Shown: one piece after another, positions 36,992-45,735 of the stretch
How positions within the stretch are numbered: the stretch's first letter is position 1
How the letters are laid out: each line of letters starts with the position of its first letter
Origin: Clostridia bacterium
Lineage (GTDB): Bacteria > Bacillota > Clostridia > Oscillospirales > CAG-272
Length of the DNA: 64,000 nt
Direction of reading: 5' to 3'
Assembly (NCBI GenBank): GCA_017550315.1
Contig: JAFZPN010000038.1
Location: 4,419 to 68,418, forward strand
Translations under genes and position numbers: made by a program
The notes under the pieces: generated by a model
What the model was told of the DNA's origin: nothing
Databases searched by the model: none
The model's input: only the letters and a program-made list of their open reading frames with translations

Positions 36992-37702
36992 CTACGGCAG
37001 GTTCCGCAGAATGAAATCGACCGTCTGTTCCTGCTGCTCCTCCGGGGACAGGGAGGCGTCCCCGTCTCCGCGCTGCCTGCCGTAGCTGCCGAACTGCGCG
37101 TGATTGCCGCCCTCGAGGACCTGCTCGATATACTGCGCCGGCATGTACTTCCGGGCAGCCGCGATCTGATCGGGATCCACGACGCCGTCTTCGGAACCGT
37201 ACAGGCTGAGGCATACGAGATCGAGATCGAGGGCACGCGTCGGATAAGCGGCCAGCAGGATGACGCCGCATAGATCTTCGCCGTGTTCGGAAGCGTAGCC
37301 TGCCGCCATCACGCCGCCGAGGGAATGCCCGCCCACATACCGGTATTCGTAGGCAAGCGAATCCAGCGCGGAGTCCGCCTTGTTCGCATCGAAGACCGCG
37401 AGGCGGAAGGGGACCTTCAGAAGGCAGACATCCATCCCCTCCCGGGCAAGACGGTGTAAAAGCGGCGCGTAAGCGGTCTCTTCGACCTTTCCGCCCGGAT
37501 AGAACACCAGAACGTGATCCTCGGACGGTCCGTCGAAAAACCATCCGTACCCGGTTTCCGTGACCGACACCGTCTCATCCGATTTGAGCGCGGCAAGCGC
37601 GGACGGATCGGCGTGATAGTAGATTCCCGTATAGAGAAGGAACGCGGCGATCAGGACGAGGAAGAGTGCCAGGGGGAGCATCCACCGCAGTTTTGTTTTC
37701 AT
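36992..37702 (-). CDS. Membrane-anchored alpha/beta hydrolase (236 aa)
   Basis: N-terminal TM helix WMLPLALFLVLIAAFLLYTGIYY. Nucleophile elbow VGGHSLGGVMA (GxSxG). SD GGGAGG. Confidence 0.7.
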   Translation of the reverse strand: MKTKLRWMLPLALFLVLIAAFLLYTGIYYHADPSALAALKSDETVSVTETGYGWFFDGPSEDHVLVFYPGGKVEETAYAPLLHRLAREGMDVCLLKVPFRLAVFDANKADSALDSLAYEYRYVGGHSLGGVMAAGYASEHGEDLCGVILLAAYPTRALDLDLVCLSLYGSEDGVVDPDQIAAARKYMPAQYIEQVLEGGNHAQFGSYGRQRGDGDASLSPEEQQEQTVDFILRNLP

Positions 37703-37735
37703 CCGTTACCCTCCCTTCGGTATCCGGATCCGCCC

Positions 37736-38014
37736 TCACAGCCCGAAGCTGATGATCGCGAGCGCATACAGGACAATGATGGACGCCATCGCCAGCCAGT
37801 CGAAGATGCCGAGGATCCGCACGGCACGGTCGCCCTTCGCGAGGCGGCGTCCGATGAAGAAGAACACGAACCCGAATAGCGCAAGGAGCACACCGGCGGA
37901 GATGATCCCGCGGATCGGCGCGCTGTTGTACGGCGACAGGATCAGGCCGATGGATACGACTGCCGAGAGGATCGGGATCGCTTCGAGGATGATCGCAAGC
38001 GTTTTCTTTTTCAT
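37736..38014 (-). CDS. Small hypothetical membrane protein (92 aa, ~3 TM)
   Basis: Three hydrophobic segments and an SD GGGAG 8 nt upstream. It fits the 30-33 nt spacing of the flanking operon genes. Confidence 0.55.
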   Translation of the reverse strand: MKKKTLAIILEAIPILSAVVSIGLILSPYNSAPIRGIISAGVLLALFGFVFFFIGRRLAKGDRAVRILGIFDWLAMASIIVLYALAIISFGL

Positions 38015-38044
38015 ATTCTATACTCCCTTTTTGCATATACGCCG

Positions 38045-39493
38045 TCACGGCCGGAACTGGATCGCGTAGAGATCCGCGTCGAACATGTTGACCGAGAGGA
38101 TAACCGGGCGTCCGGCAAATCCGGCGACGTCGCCGTCGAAGCGCACCCGGCGGTCCGTGCTGTCGCCGAAGGTCTCCCCGGAGGTGATGGTTTTCCCGTC
38201 CGTGTCCTTCAGCTTGAACCGCATGTGCCCGTAGGCGGAGGTCGAGAAATTGACGTAGAGATCCCGTCCCTCAAAGATAAAGGGTTTGGTGACGAGATTG
38301 GATTCGGGATAGACGCCCGTGCGGGAGACGAAGCCGTCGAGCCGGATGCTGTACCGCCACGCCTCGGGCGGATTCGGGAAGAACCGGTTCTGCATGCAGT
38401 AGAAGGACAGCTCGTTGTCGCAGCCCGGATGATGCGGCGGCGTCTCAAACATGCCGTTCGAGAAATACACGCTGCCGTACACCCAGTTCCGCGGATGCTC
38501 CGGACCGGGACGCAGGAACGCCTCCGGATAGCGCTTGAAATGATATCCGTCCCGGGACATCATGAAGAGCGTATCGCTCACCGAAAGCCCGAGCCGGTCG
38601 TCGAGCCGTTCGCCCGCGCGCTTCCGACGCTCTTCGCTCCCGCACAGCTCCTCGTAATTGTCCGTCCACTGCCGGCGGATGACATAGCGGGAAGGGAACC
38701 CCACGAGGATGTGGTCCGCCCGCTCATACGGCAGGATCGAATTGATGTACATCTGCCAGGCGTTCGGCGTGTCGTACTGCAAATACTGCGCCTTCGGCCA
38801 TCTTCCGCTCTTCGGGAACAGCTCCGCGCTTTCGGAGGCCGAGATCGCCCGGATCCAGATCGGGTCCGCCGGGTTGCTCGCCTGGAAATAGTCGCGGACA
38901 TAGGCGCGGTATTTTCCGATGTTCTTGTCATAGAACAGGGTATTCACGCTGTCGTAGGGCGTGCCGGGATTCTGCGCGGGGATCGCGAGCTGTCCGGCAT
39001 ACCGGAACCGGAATCCGTCCACGCTGACGAGCAGATGCAGGCTCGAATGCATGCTGACGAGTGCCTTGATTCGCTCCTCGGGGAGGCAGTCCGGGTTTGG
39101 GTCGACGAACATGCGGAACCCGTCGAAAAACGCGGGGACATAGCGGTCCGCGGGATAGTACGCCGTCTCTCCGTCGCCGATGATCCCGATCAGGGAATTA
39201 TGCAGCGAGCCTTCGTATTCCGCGATGCCGAGATCGGGCTGCTCCCAATGGATGCCGTCCGTGCTGACGGAGCAGGTCACCCCGCCGTTGTGTGCGGTAT
39301 ACATCCGATACTGATCCCCGTCCCGCATGACGCAGAGATAGGGGCTGGTCCCCTGGGCCCACGGATCCTCGAATAGGGTGCATTCCCGCTCGACGGGATG
39401 ATGCAGAAGGAGCGGGGTGTCGGTCTCTTCGGTGTCGATCAGCCAGTCGTCCCACATGGGCTCCCGTCTTGATCCGATAAACAGCGGTTCCAT
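38045..39493 (-). CDS. Hypothetical protein (482 aa), possibly a beta-propeller glycosidase-like fold
   Basis: Start ATG 39493 behind GGAGGG (5 nt). The segment YLCVMRDGDQYRMYTAHNGGVTCSVSTDGIHWEQ resembles a blade of GH32/43/130-type propellers. No family is assignable by eye. Confidence 0.5.
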   Translation of the reverse strand: MEPLFIGSRREPMWDDWLIDTEETDTPLLLHHPVERECTLFEDPWAQGTSPYLCVMRDGDQYRMYTAHNGGVTCSVSTDGIHWEQPDLGIAEYEGSLHNSLIGIIGDGETAYYPADRYVPAFFDGFRMFVDPNPDCLPEERIKALVSMHSSLHLLVSVDGFRFRYAGQLAIPAQNPGTPYDSVNTLFYDKNIGKYRAYVRDYFQASNPADPIWIRAISASESAELFPKSGRWPKAQYLQYDTPNAWQMYINSILPYERADHILVGFPSRYVIRRQWTDNYEELCGSEERRKRAGERLDDRLGLSVSDTLFMMSRDGYHFKRYPEAFLRPGPEHPRNWVYGSVYFSNGMFETPPHHPGCDNELSFYCMQNRFFPNPPEAWRYSIRLDGFVSRTGVYPESNLVTKPFIFEGRDLYVNFSTSAYGHMRFKLKDTDGKTITSGETFGDSTDRRVRFDGDVAGFAGRPVILSVNMFDADLYAIQFRP

Positions 39494-39544
39494 ATTGTCC
39501 CTCCATGATGTAAAGCGTGATTTGTGCCGACTTGTTCTGATGAA

Positions 39545-39573
39545 ATTATAGCAAAAGACGGCTTCTGTGTCAA
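39545..39573 (-). promoter_or_regulatory. Consensus sigmaA promoter for the nine-gene 39493->28336 unit
   Basis: Minus strand reads TTGACA (39573-39568), 17-nt spacer, TGcTATAAT (-10 at 39550-39545). Both hexamers are perfect. Confidence 0.75.
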
Positions 39574-39620
39574 GGAGAATTCTGTGCTTCGAAATCCCGC
39601 GTCCGTTTTTCTTCTCCCGC

Positions 39621-39649
39621 TTGCAGAAAGTTGCGGAATCTGGTATAAT
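39621..39649 (+). promoter_or_regulatory. sigmaA-type promoter for the TIM-barrel isomerase-like gene
   Basis: TTGCAG (39621-39626), 17-nt spacer, TGgTATAAT (-10 at 39644-39649). Confidence 0.65.
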
Positions 39650-39679
39650 ACGTTCAGCACAATACGACCGGAGGCAAAA

Positions 39680-40525
39680 ATGAAAACAGGCATTTCCGTT
39701 CACTTCGACCTCTCCCCGGGATCCGCCCGGGAATCTTTCACTCATCTCCGTCTCCTCGGATATGACTGTGCCGACCTGCAGTCCTTCGTGAACACCGAAA
39801 CCGAATGGTTCTCTTCAGAAGACCGCGAGCGCCGCTGGCGGCAGATCGGCGAGATCGCCCGGGAATGCGGAATCGGGATCTCCCAGACCCACGGTCCCTG
39901 GCGCTTTCCCCCGCGCGATTTTACCGAGGAGGACCGTAAGGAGCGGTTCGAGAAGATGTGCATCGCGCTCGAAGGCACGGCGGCGGTCGGCGCGCCCTGC
40001 ATGGCGATCCACAACATCATGCCCGACGGCGCGGATCGGAACCCGGATCCCGCGCGGTTTCTCGATCTGAACCGGGAATTCTTCTCCCGCCTGATCGAGA
40101 AGGCCGAGGAGTGCGGCACGGTGATCGCGCTCGAGAACATGCCCTTTCCCGCGCTCATCCTCTCCACCCCGGAGCAGGTGTTCGATTTTGTGAAAGAGTT
40201 CGATTCCCCGTATTTCCGCGTCTGTCTCGACACCGGACACGCGGCGGTCTTCGGGCTGTCCGCGGGCGACGCCGTGCGGAAGATCGGGCGGGAACACCTC
40301 GCCTGCCTGCACGTCCACGACAACGACGGCGCGCACGATTATCACTGGCTCCCGTACCGCGGTGTGACGGACTGGGCGGATTTCTCCCGCGCGCTGCACG
40401 AGATCGGCTTCGACGGCACGCTCTCCCTTGAGACGAACGTCAGCGGAAAGCTCCCGGCATCCGTGCGCGGAGAATGGGAAAAGGCCCTCGCCGCCACGGC
40501 CCGCGCGCTCACGATGAAGCCGTAA
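39680..40525 (+). CDS. Sugar phosphate isomerase/epimerase (xylose-isomerase-like TIM barrel) family protein (281 aa)
   Basis: Start ATG 39680 behind GGAGG. ...IALENMPF..., VCLDTGHA and CLHVHDNDG are the metal-binding strand motifs (E, D/H, H-D) typical of AP-endonuclease-2/xylose-isomerase-like barrels. Confidence 0.7.
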   Translation: MKTGISVHFDLSPGSARESFTHLRLLGYDCADLQSFVNTETEWFSSEDRERRWRQIGEIARECGIGISQTHGPWRFPPRDFTEEDRKERFEKMCIALEGTAAVGAPCMAIHNIMPDGADRNPDPARFLDLNREFFSRLIEKAEECGTVIALENMPFPALILSTPEQVFDFVKEFDSPYFRVCLDTGHAAVFGLSAGDAVRKIGREHLACLHVHDNDGAHDYHWLPYRGVTDWADFSRALHEIGFDGTLSLETNVSGKLPASVRGEWEKALAATARALTMKP

Positions 40526-40533
40526 CGGAAAAA

Positions 40534-40551
40534 GGACCGCGGAAACGGTCC
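40534..40551. terminator. Weak hairpin between convergent genes (possible terminator)
   Basis: GGACCG/CGGTCC 6-bp stem and a 6-nt loop, with A5 upstream and CTTTC downstream. Confidence 0.35.
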
Positions 40552-40566
40552 CTTTCATGATGCTGT

Positions 40567-41259
40567 TTATTCCTCTTTCTGCCCGTACACGCGCTTCCGG
40601 ATCGCGTCGAGGACGGCGAGATACAGAAACCCGACGAGGAGTAAGAGACCGAGGAGCGCAAGGATCCACCAGACGCATCCCATGAAGGGAAGCTCGTGGG
40701 AGAAGCCGAACGCCCCGGCAGGGGAGCCCCAGTTGAGGAAGAAATACGGGTAATTCCTGCCCGGCGAGAACTCCCATCCGCGCGCAAATCCGATCCCGGC
40801 GTAGATTGCATAAGCCAGCGGCGGCAGGAGGACGAAGACGATGCTCCGCCGCCCGATCCTGCCGTAAATCCCCGTCACGAAGAAATCCGCGACGGCGATG
40901 ACCGGGACGACGACGTGCGTCAGGATGTTCTGGACGTTCCACGCCGCCTGTCCCATCGTGGGAGCGAGCACGAAGCAGAACACCGCGCCCGTCAGCGTGA
41001 TCGCCACCGTCCCGACGAATTTGACGACCGGCCACGCATCCCCGATCCGGCGGTTTCGCAGGAGCAGGATCGCGCCGACGAGGCAGATCAGCGCGACGGC
41101 GATGTTCGACTGGATGGTGAAGTACATGAAGACCACGCGGCCGCCCATGAAGACCCGTCTGCCGCCTTCCGCGCTGAGTACCGTGCCGATCACGGCGGAG
41201 AGGATCACGACGGCTTTCAGGAGCAGGGAAACTGCCTTGCTTTTCGGGGGAATGCTCAT
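40567..41259 (-). CDS. Integral membrane protein (230 aa, ~6 TM), possibly Pr6Pr/AIG1-like
   Basis: Six hydrophobic segments. FMYFTIQSNIAV resembles the first-helix motif I associate with Pr6Pr-family proteins. SD GGGAGG. Confidence 0.55.
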   Translation of the reverse strand: MSIPPKSKAVSLLLKAVVILSAVIGTVLSAEGGRRVFMGGRVVFMYFTIQSNIAVALICLVGAILLLRNRRIGDAWPVVKFVGTVAITLTGAVFCFVLAPTMGQAAWNVQNILTHVVVPVIAVADFFVTGIYGRIGRRSIVFVLLPPLAYAIYAGIGFARGWEFSPGRNYPYFFLNWGSPAGAFGFSHELPFMGCVWWILALLGLLLLVGFLYLAVLDAIRKRVYGQKEE

Positions 41260-41389
41260 CTCGCTGACCTCCCTGTATGTCCGGTCCGTCCGGTGACAGG
41301 ACAGCCGGATCGTGTTATGATTATCATCAAAATTCTGTTTGTTTCTTTAAAGTGTTCGGTATTGTCCGAAAAAACCAAGGAGGTCCGCT

Positions 41390-41812
41390 ATGTACCGGGA
41401 TGAAATCCAGGCTTTTGTCGAAACCTTCCTCCGCAGGGAGAAGCGCGACCGCATGCGCTATCTATTGGGGAACCCCCGGAAGCGCCGTGCCGGATTGGAC
41501 CGTTTCTGCCACGAGACCATGGATTTGATCGATCGCGAAAAGATCCTGCTCGAAGGCGCGGATCTCGAACGCAGGGACGAATTCCGGCGTTTTCTCGCTG
41601 CTCACGGCGCCCCCGTGATCGTCTTCTCCCCCGACGCCTATCCGGAAGGGGAGCGGATGTCCGTCCGGGATGCCCTCGCCTTCGCGCTCACCGGACTGGA
41701 CGCGGTCCTGATCCTCGGAGAGGGCTATGCCGTCATCTTCGGAGAACCGATGAAGGGCGGGCGGGACAAGGTGCTGCTTGCCGCTGAGAAGGGTGATCGG
41801 GCAGACAGATAG
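41390..41812 (+). CDS. Hypothetical cytoplasmic protein (140 aa)
   Basis: Strong SD AAGGAGG 6 nt upstream of the ATG. Balanced composition; no recognisable motif. Confidence 0.55.
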   Translation: MYRDEIQAFVETFLRREKRDRMRYLLGNPRKRRAGLDRFCHETMDLIDREKILLEGADLERRDEFRRFLAAHGAPVIVFSPDAYPEGERMSVRDALAFALTGLDAVLILGEGYAVIFGEPMKGGRDKVLLAAEKGDRADR

Positions 41813-41824
41813 CATACACGCAAA

Positions 41825-41854
41825 GGACGGGATCGGCGGGGATCCCGTCCTTTT
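41825..41854. terminator. Bidirectional rho-independent terminator
   Basis: 10-bp perfect stem GGACGGGATC/GATCCCGTCC (41825-41834 with 41841-41850) and a 6-nt loop, flanked by AAA upstream and TTTT downstream. Confidence 0.75.
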
Positions 41855-41878
41855 CCGCGGCTTACGTGAACGCTTTCC

Positions 41879-43375
41879 TCATTCGCCTTCGCGGATGGAC
41901 TCGACGAGCTTGGAGAACACCTTGTTGTAGACCTTTTCGCTCTTCTTGAAGGTGGATGCGAAATCGGTGCTCTTCGACACGCCGATCAGGTCGCGGAGGG
42001 AGAGCATCATGTTCGACATGCCGTAGTTGTAGATGTACGCGAAGTCCGTCTTCATGGAATCGTGGATCAGGTCGATGACCTGGGAGGCGGCGTCCGAGGA
42101 ATCGCGGCGGTACTTGTTCTTTAAGATCACGTCGTAGTAGCTCGGCATCACGTCGTAATAGTAATAGTATCCCATCTTCTCGAGCACCGCCGTGGAGGTC
42201 TTCACGTTCTGACTCACCACGGGGATGCAGAGGATCACCGCGTCGTCATGCGTGGCGGAGCCGTAGGTTTCGATGGTCTCGTCCAGCTTCGGAACGGGGA
42301 CGATCGTGAAGTCCGTCTGCATGTCGCGGATCATATCCAGGCGCGAGAATTTTTCGCAGAGGAAGAGGACCTGGTTGTTCTCCATCATCTCGAAGGTCGG
42401 GATCCCCTCGACGTAGTAGGAGCCTTCGTTGTTCCAGAGAAAATCGACGAGGGTCTCGACGAACTTGACCGTCGTGTCGTTGTTGAAGTCGATGTAGGGC
42501 ACGCCTTCCTCATCGCGGGCGCAGCCGTGCACGCCGCAGTCGATGATGAAGTGGTCGACGTCGCTGCGGGTCCAGGACGCAAAGCCGAAGGTGTCGCCGA
42601 CGTCCTTTTTGCCGTTGCCGTTCCCGTCGACGTACAGGCTCCCGACGATCTCGGAAAGCTTGTCGAAGGTCCAGTCGCCGTTCAGGATGGTTTCATAGAT
42701 ATCCCCCACGTCCCGGCCGATGTCGGTGAGCAGGTCGGTGTTGAGGATCATCATGGAGGCGCGACGGAACACGTCGGGCGAGGCGTCTCCCGCAAGGAAA
42801 TAGGTGTGGGTGTTGTCGGCCATCGTCTCGTGGATGTAGTTGAGATACCACCACGGCTTCTCGTAGTCGATATACACGTCTTCGCACTCGTTGAGGTTGG
42901 CGAAGATGTGCTGCGACACGACCGGCGCGACCTTCCACTGCGTGCCGTACACGATCTCGTAGATATCGTCGCCCGCTTTGTATGCGTTCGTCAGCTTGGT
43001 CGGCTCGATGCCGCCGTTTTCGATGTGCTCGAACGTGCAGTCGAGATCCTCCATGACCTTCTGATTGGAGGTGAAGACCGCGTCGTTCAGAAGTTCGCCG
43101 TTGAGTTCCGTCACGCTGACGTTATAGGTCTGCTGGTCGTGGAAGTGCAGGAAGCGGACGGAGCTCCCGCCCAGGCTCAGATCTTCCGGCACGGAGCAGA
43201 CGAGCATCTCTTCCGCCGCCTCCGTCTCCGCCTCTTCCGCCGCCGGGGTCACTTCCGTGTTTCCCGCGTCCGCACCCCCGGCCGGATCGCCGTTTCCTTT
43301 TTCACTGCATCCCGCGAAAGCGGGGACGAGCATCACGAGCGCCAGAAGAAGCGCCGTCAGTTGATTTCGTTTCAT
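41879..43375 (-). CDS. Extracellular solute-binding lipoprotein (498 aa), paralog 2 of 3
   Basis: MKRNQLTALLLALVMLVPAFAGCSEKG contains an FAGC lipobox. It shares the YEKPWWY and C-terminal MPSYYDVILKNKYRRD blocks with the other two. Confidence 0.7.
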   Translation of the reverse strand: MKRNQLTALLLALVMLVPAFAGCSEKGNGDPAGGADAGNTEVTPAAEEAETEAAEEMLVCSVPEDLSLGGSSVRFLHFHDQQTYNVSVTELNGELLNDAVFTSNQKVMEDLDCTFEHIENGGIEPTKLTNAYKAGDDIYEIVYGTQWKVAPVVSQHIFANLNECEDVYIDYEKPWWYLNYIHETMADNTHTYFLAGDASPDVFRRASMMILNTDLLTDIGRDVGDIYETILNGDWTFDKLSEIVGSLYVDGNGNGKKDVGDTFGFASWTRSDVDHFIIDCGVHGCARDEEGVPYIDFNNDTTVKFVETLVDFLWNNEGSYYVEGIPTFEMMENNQVLFLCEKFSRLDMIRDMQTDFTIVPVPKLDETIETYGSATHDDAVILCIPVVSQNVKTSTAVLEKMGYYYYYDVMPSYYDVILKNKYRRDSSDAASQVIDLIHDSMKTDFAYIYNYGMSNMMLSLRDLIGVSKSTDFASTFKKSEKVYNKVFSKLVESIREGE

Positions 43376-43429
43376 GGTATATTCCTTTCCCGGCAGAGGA
43401 TCCTGCCGCAGCGTCGTCTTTTGATGATG

Positions 43430-45529
43430 TCATGCGTTCATCCTGCACACGGTCAGGATCTCGCCCGGCGTCGTCGGGATCTCAGTGATTTCTCCGTCGA
43501 GCAGGATCGTCTCGCCGCCCCGGAGGAGGACATATTCCTCGCCCGGCCGCTCGATCCGGAGGAGCATCCCTTTTTCGCTGAGGATCTGTGCACGGATCGC
43601 CCCGCCGCTCAGCTCCGCATCGACAACGAACGCGCCGTAGGCCCGCAGCCCGTGGAACGAGGCATCCGCCGACCGGTCCCAGCAGGGGAAGAGTCGGACG
43701 ATCCCCTCGTAGCTCTGGAGGAGCATTTCGTTGACCGTTCCGGGGATGCCCGCGCTGTTCTCGATCCCGCCCCCGCCGTACCGGATCATGCCGTTCGGCA
43801 GTCCGCGCTTCTCGAGCACCTCGTGGATGTGGCCGATGATCTCCTCCGGCGGGAGCCCGAGCCGCGCCGCCATCGGATAATAGGCGCAGAAGCGGTTGTG
43901 GCTGTCCCAGATGCTTAGTTTTCGGTGGGTGTTCTTCGCCGCCTCGAAGAGATCGGGCGTGATGGTTTTGCCGACCGCGCCGATCGGCATCATGTATTCG
44001 AGGGTCAGTTCGCGCAGAACGTCGCTTCCGTCGATCCCGCGCAGAATCGGCCCGTCGTCGGTATCGATGGTGTCGGCGCCGGGCAGGCGGTCGAGGATGT
44101 CCTGCCACACGGGGATCTTGTCCTCGTCAAGCCCGAGGGCCGAAGACAGATCGATCATCAGCTTCATGAGCATCCGCACGAGCCCGCGCGAGAGGATGGG
44201 ATTCCTGTCGTCCTGGCCCGAGGGCATGTGATCGGGACCGGCATACCATCCGACCTCATTCAGGGAATCGTTGTAGATCTGATAGACCTCGTCTTCGAGC
44301 ACGAGGTAATCCTCCCAGAATTCCGCGACCGACCGGAGGAATTCATAGTATTCGCGCCGGGCAAATTCCTCGTCCCGCGTCGCGTACCAGTGCATCATCG
44401 GGACCACGGCGGCGTAAGCCCCGTTGCTCTTCTGTCCGAGGAAGAGGTGCCCGTGCTCCTTGGTGTCCGGGCGGACGTCGGTCTCCATCCCGAGCGGACC
44501 GATCCCGACGGGGAAGTACGCGCCCCTCGTGCCGAGATACTCCGACGCATACCGCCTGGCGATCGGCAGAAAGTCGTTCAGCGGGGAGAAATAGCACGCG
44601 AGCAGCTCCGGATGGTTCGAGGCCGTCAGCGCGTAGAACGGCGCCTCGAAATTGTAATTGAGGTGATAGTCGCCGAACCAGCCCATGCCGTCCGCCGTGG
44701 AGTACGCGCCCCAGAGCCCCGGCGGGAATCTCTTGTTTCCCGCGCAGCAGGCGACCGCGTAGATCCCGGCATACCATCCGCGCTCGAGTTCCTTGTCCGG
44801 GAGGTTCACGCCGCTCTTCGACCAGAACTCCTCCCAGTGTCTCGCATGCTCCGCACGCAGACGGCAGCAGGCCTCCTCGTCGAGCGCGCGGACCTTTTCG
44901 ATCGCCTGATGCCGGTACGCCGCGGAGTCGTGATTGGTCATGACGGTGATCGCCCACAGCGTCCTCTCCCGTCCGTTCGAGACGGCGCGCGAGATCCGGC
45001 GGAGCGCGCAGATGCCCACGCTCGGGAAGCGGCATTCCGGCGTGTCAAAACCGCGCAGCGTGTAGACGATGTCCCCCTCCTCTCCGCGTACCGCCTCGGC
45101 CTCCGAACCTTCGAGGGGCAGGAGATTGAGCGAAGCGGACACGGCGGGATAGGAACGGTCGAGATCGAAGAGTATCGTGTTGTCCCCTGCACAGACCGTG
45201 ACCGTCAGGGATGCCGAGAAGCGCCCCGAAGTCAGGTTCAGGCGGATCAGGGCACGGTCGAGATCCTCTTCCGCCTCGTATTCCGCATACGCGAGATGGG
45301 GCAGGAGAAGCTCCGACAGCCCGAGAGGGGCGATCCCGCCGCGGTGTTCCGTATAGACGCGTCCGTCGGCTTTCCAGAAATCCGCCTTGCCGATGTAGAG
45401 CCGTACCCGGTCCGCACCGCCGGCGAGGATGGCGGTCACGTCGCCGTTGCCCGCGATCAGCCCGTCGGGCAGGGCGGTCGAGGGCGTCGCTTTCGCGGGC
45501 TCCCGGATGATATACTTGTGTTCGCTCAT
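43430..45529 (-). CDS. GH95/DUF5703-like glycoside-hydrolase-like protein (699 aa)
   Basis: Start ATG 45529 behind GGAGGG. The N-terminus reads ALPDGLIAGNGDVTAILAGGADRVRLYIGKADFWKADG (an LP.GNG start as in GH95-type beta-sandwiches). The central and C-terminal regions are helical-repeat-like (FEAPFYALTASNHPELL...). No signal peptide. Confidence 0.45.
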   Translation of the reverse strand: MSEHKYIIREPAKATPSTALPDGLIAGNGDVTAILAGGADRVRLYIGKADFWKADGRVYTEHRGGIAPLGLSELLLPHLAYAEYEAEEDLDRALIRLNLTSGRFSASLTVTVCAGDNTILFDLDRSYPAVSASLNLLPLEGSEAEAVRGEEGDIVYTLRGFDTPECRFPSVGICALRRISRAVSNGRERTLWAITVMTNHDSAAYRHQAIEKVRALDEEACCRLRAEHARHWEEFWSKSGVNLPDKELERGWYAGIYAVACCAGNKRFPPGLWGAYSTADGMGWFGDYHLNYNFEAPFYALTASNHPELLACYFSPLNDFLPIARRYASEYLGTRGAYFPVGIGPLGMETDVRPDTKEHGHLFLGQKSNGAYAAVVPMMHWYATRDEEFARREYYEFLRSVAEFWEDYLVLEDEVYQIYNDSLNEVGWYAGPDHMPSGQDDRNPILSRGLVRMLMKLMIDLSSALGLDEDKIPVWQDILDRLPGADTIDTDDGPILRGIDGSDVLRELTLEYMMPIGAVGKTITPDLFEAAKNTHRKLSIWDSHNRFCAYYPMAARLGLPPEEIIGHIHEVLEKRGLPNGMIRYGGGGIENSAGIPGTVNEMLLQSYEGIVRLFPCWDRSADASFHGLRAYGAFVVDAELSGGAIRAQILSEKGMLLRIERPGEEYVLLRGGETILLDGEITEIPTTPGEILTVCRMNA

Positions 45530-45582
45530 GTCATCCCTCCTTGATGTCGCATAGAAATCGGCTGTCATGATCTGTTGCTCCT

Positions 45583-45611
45583 ATTATACAGGATTCTCGG
45601 GTGAATTTCAA
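45583..45611 (-). promoter_or_regulatory. sigmaA-type promoter for the 45529->41879 unit
   Basis: Minus strand reads TTGAAA (45611-45606), 17-nt spacer, TATAAT (45588-45583). Confidence 0.65.
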
Positions 45612-45623
45612 CTGTTTTTTCGC

Positions 45624-45652
45624 TTGATTTCCATGCGCGGACTTGCTATAAT
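45624..45652 (+). promoter_or_regulatory. sigmaA-type promoter for the seven-gene 45736->53452 unit
   Basis: TTGATT (45624-45629), 17-nt spacer, TGcTATAAT (-10 at 45647-45652). It lies back-to-back with the minus-strand promoter 12 nt away. Confidence 0.65.
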
Positions 45653-45735
45653 AGGGGTGACAGAAATCGGGATGCCGGGGGAGGGGAAAACGCCCGCCGT
45701 GACGCCCGGATTTTCCAAAGCAAAGGAGTCTCATC

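Noticed and set aside
36966-37544. Upstream extension making the GH36/27-like ORF 776 aa
   Set aside because: The extension overlaps the alpha/beta-hydrolase gene in another frame and is Arg/Gly-rich. ATG 36965 has AGGAGG 5 nt upstream.
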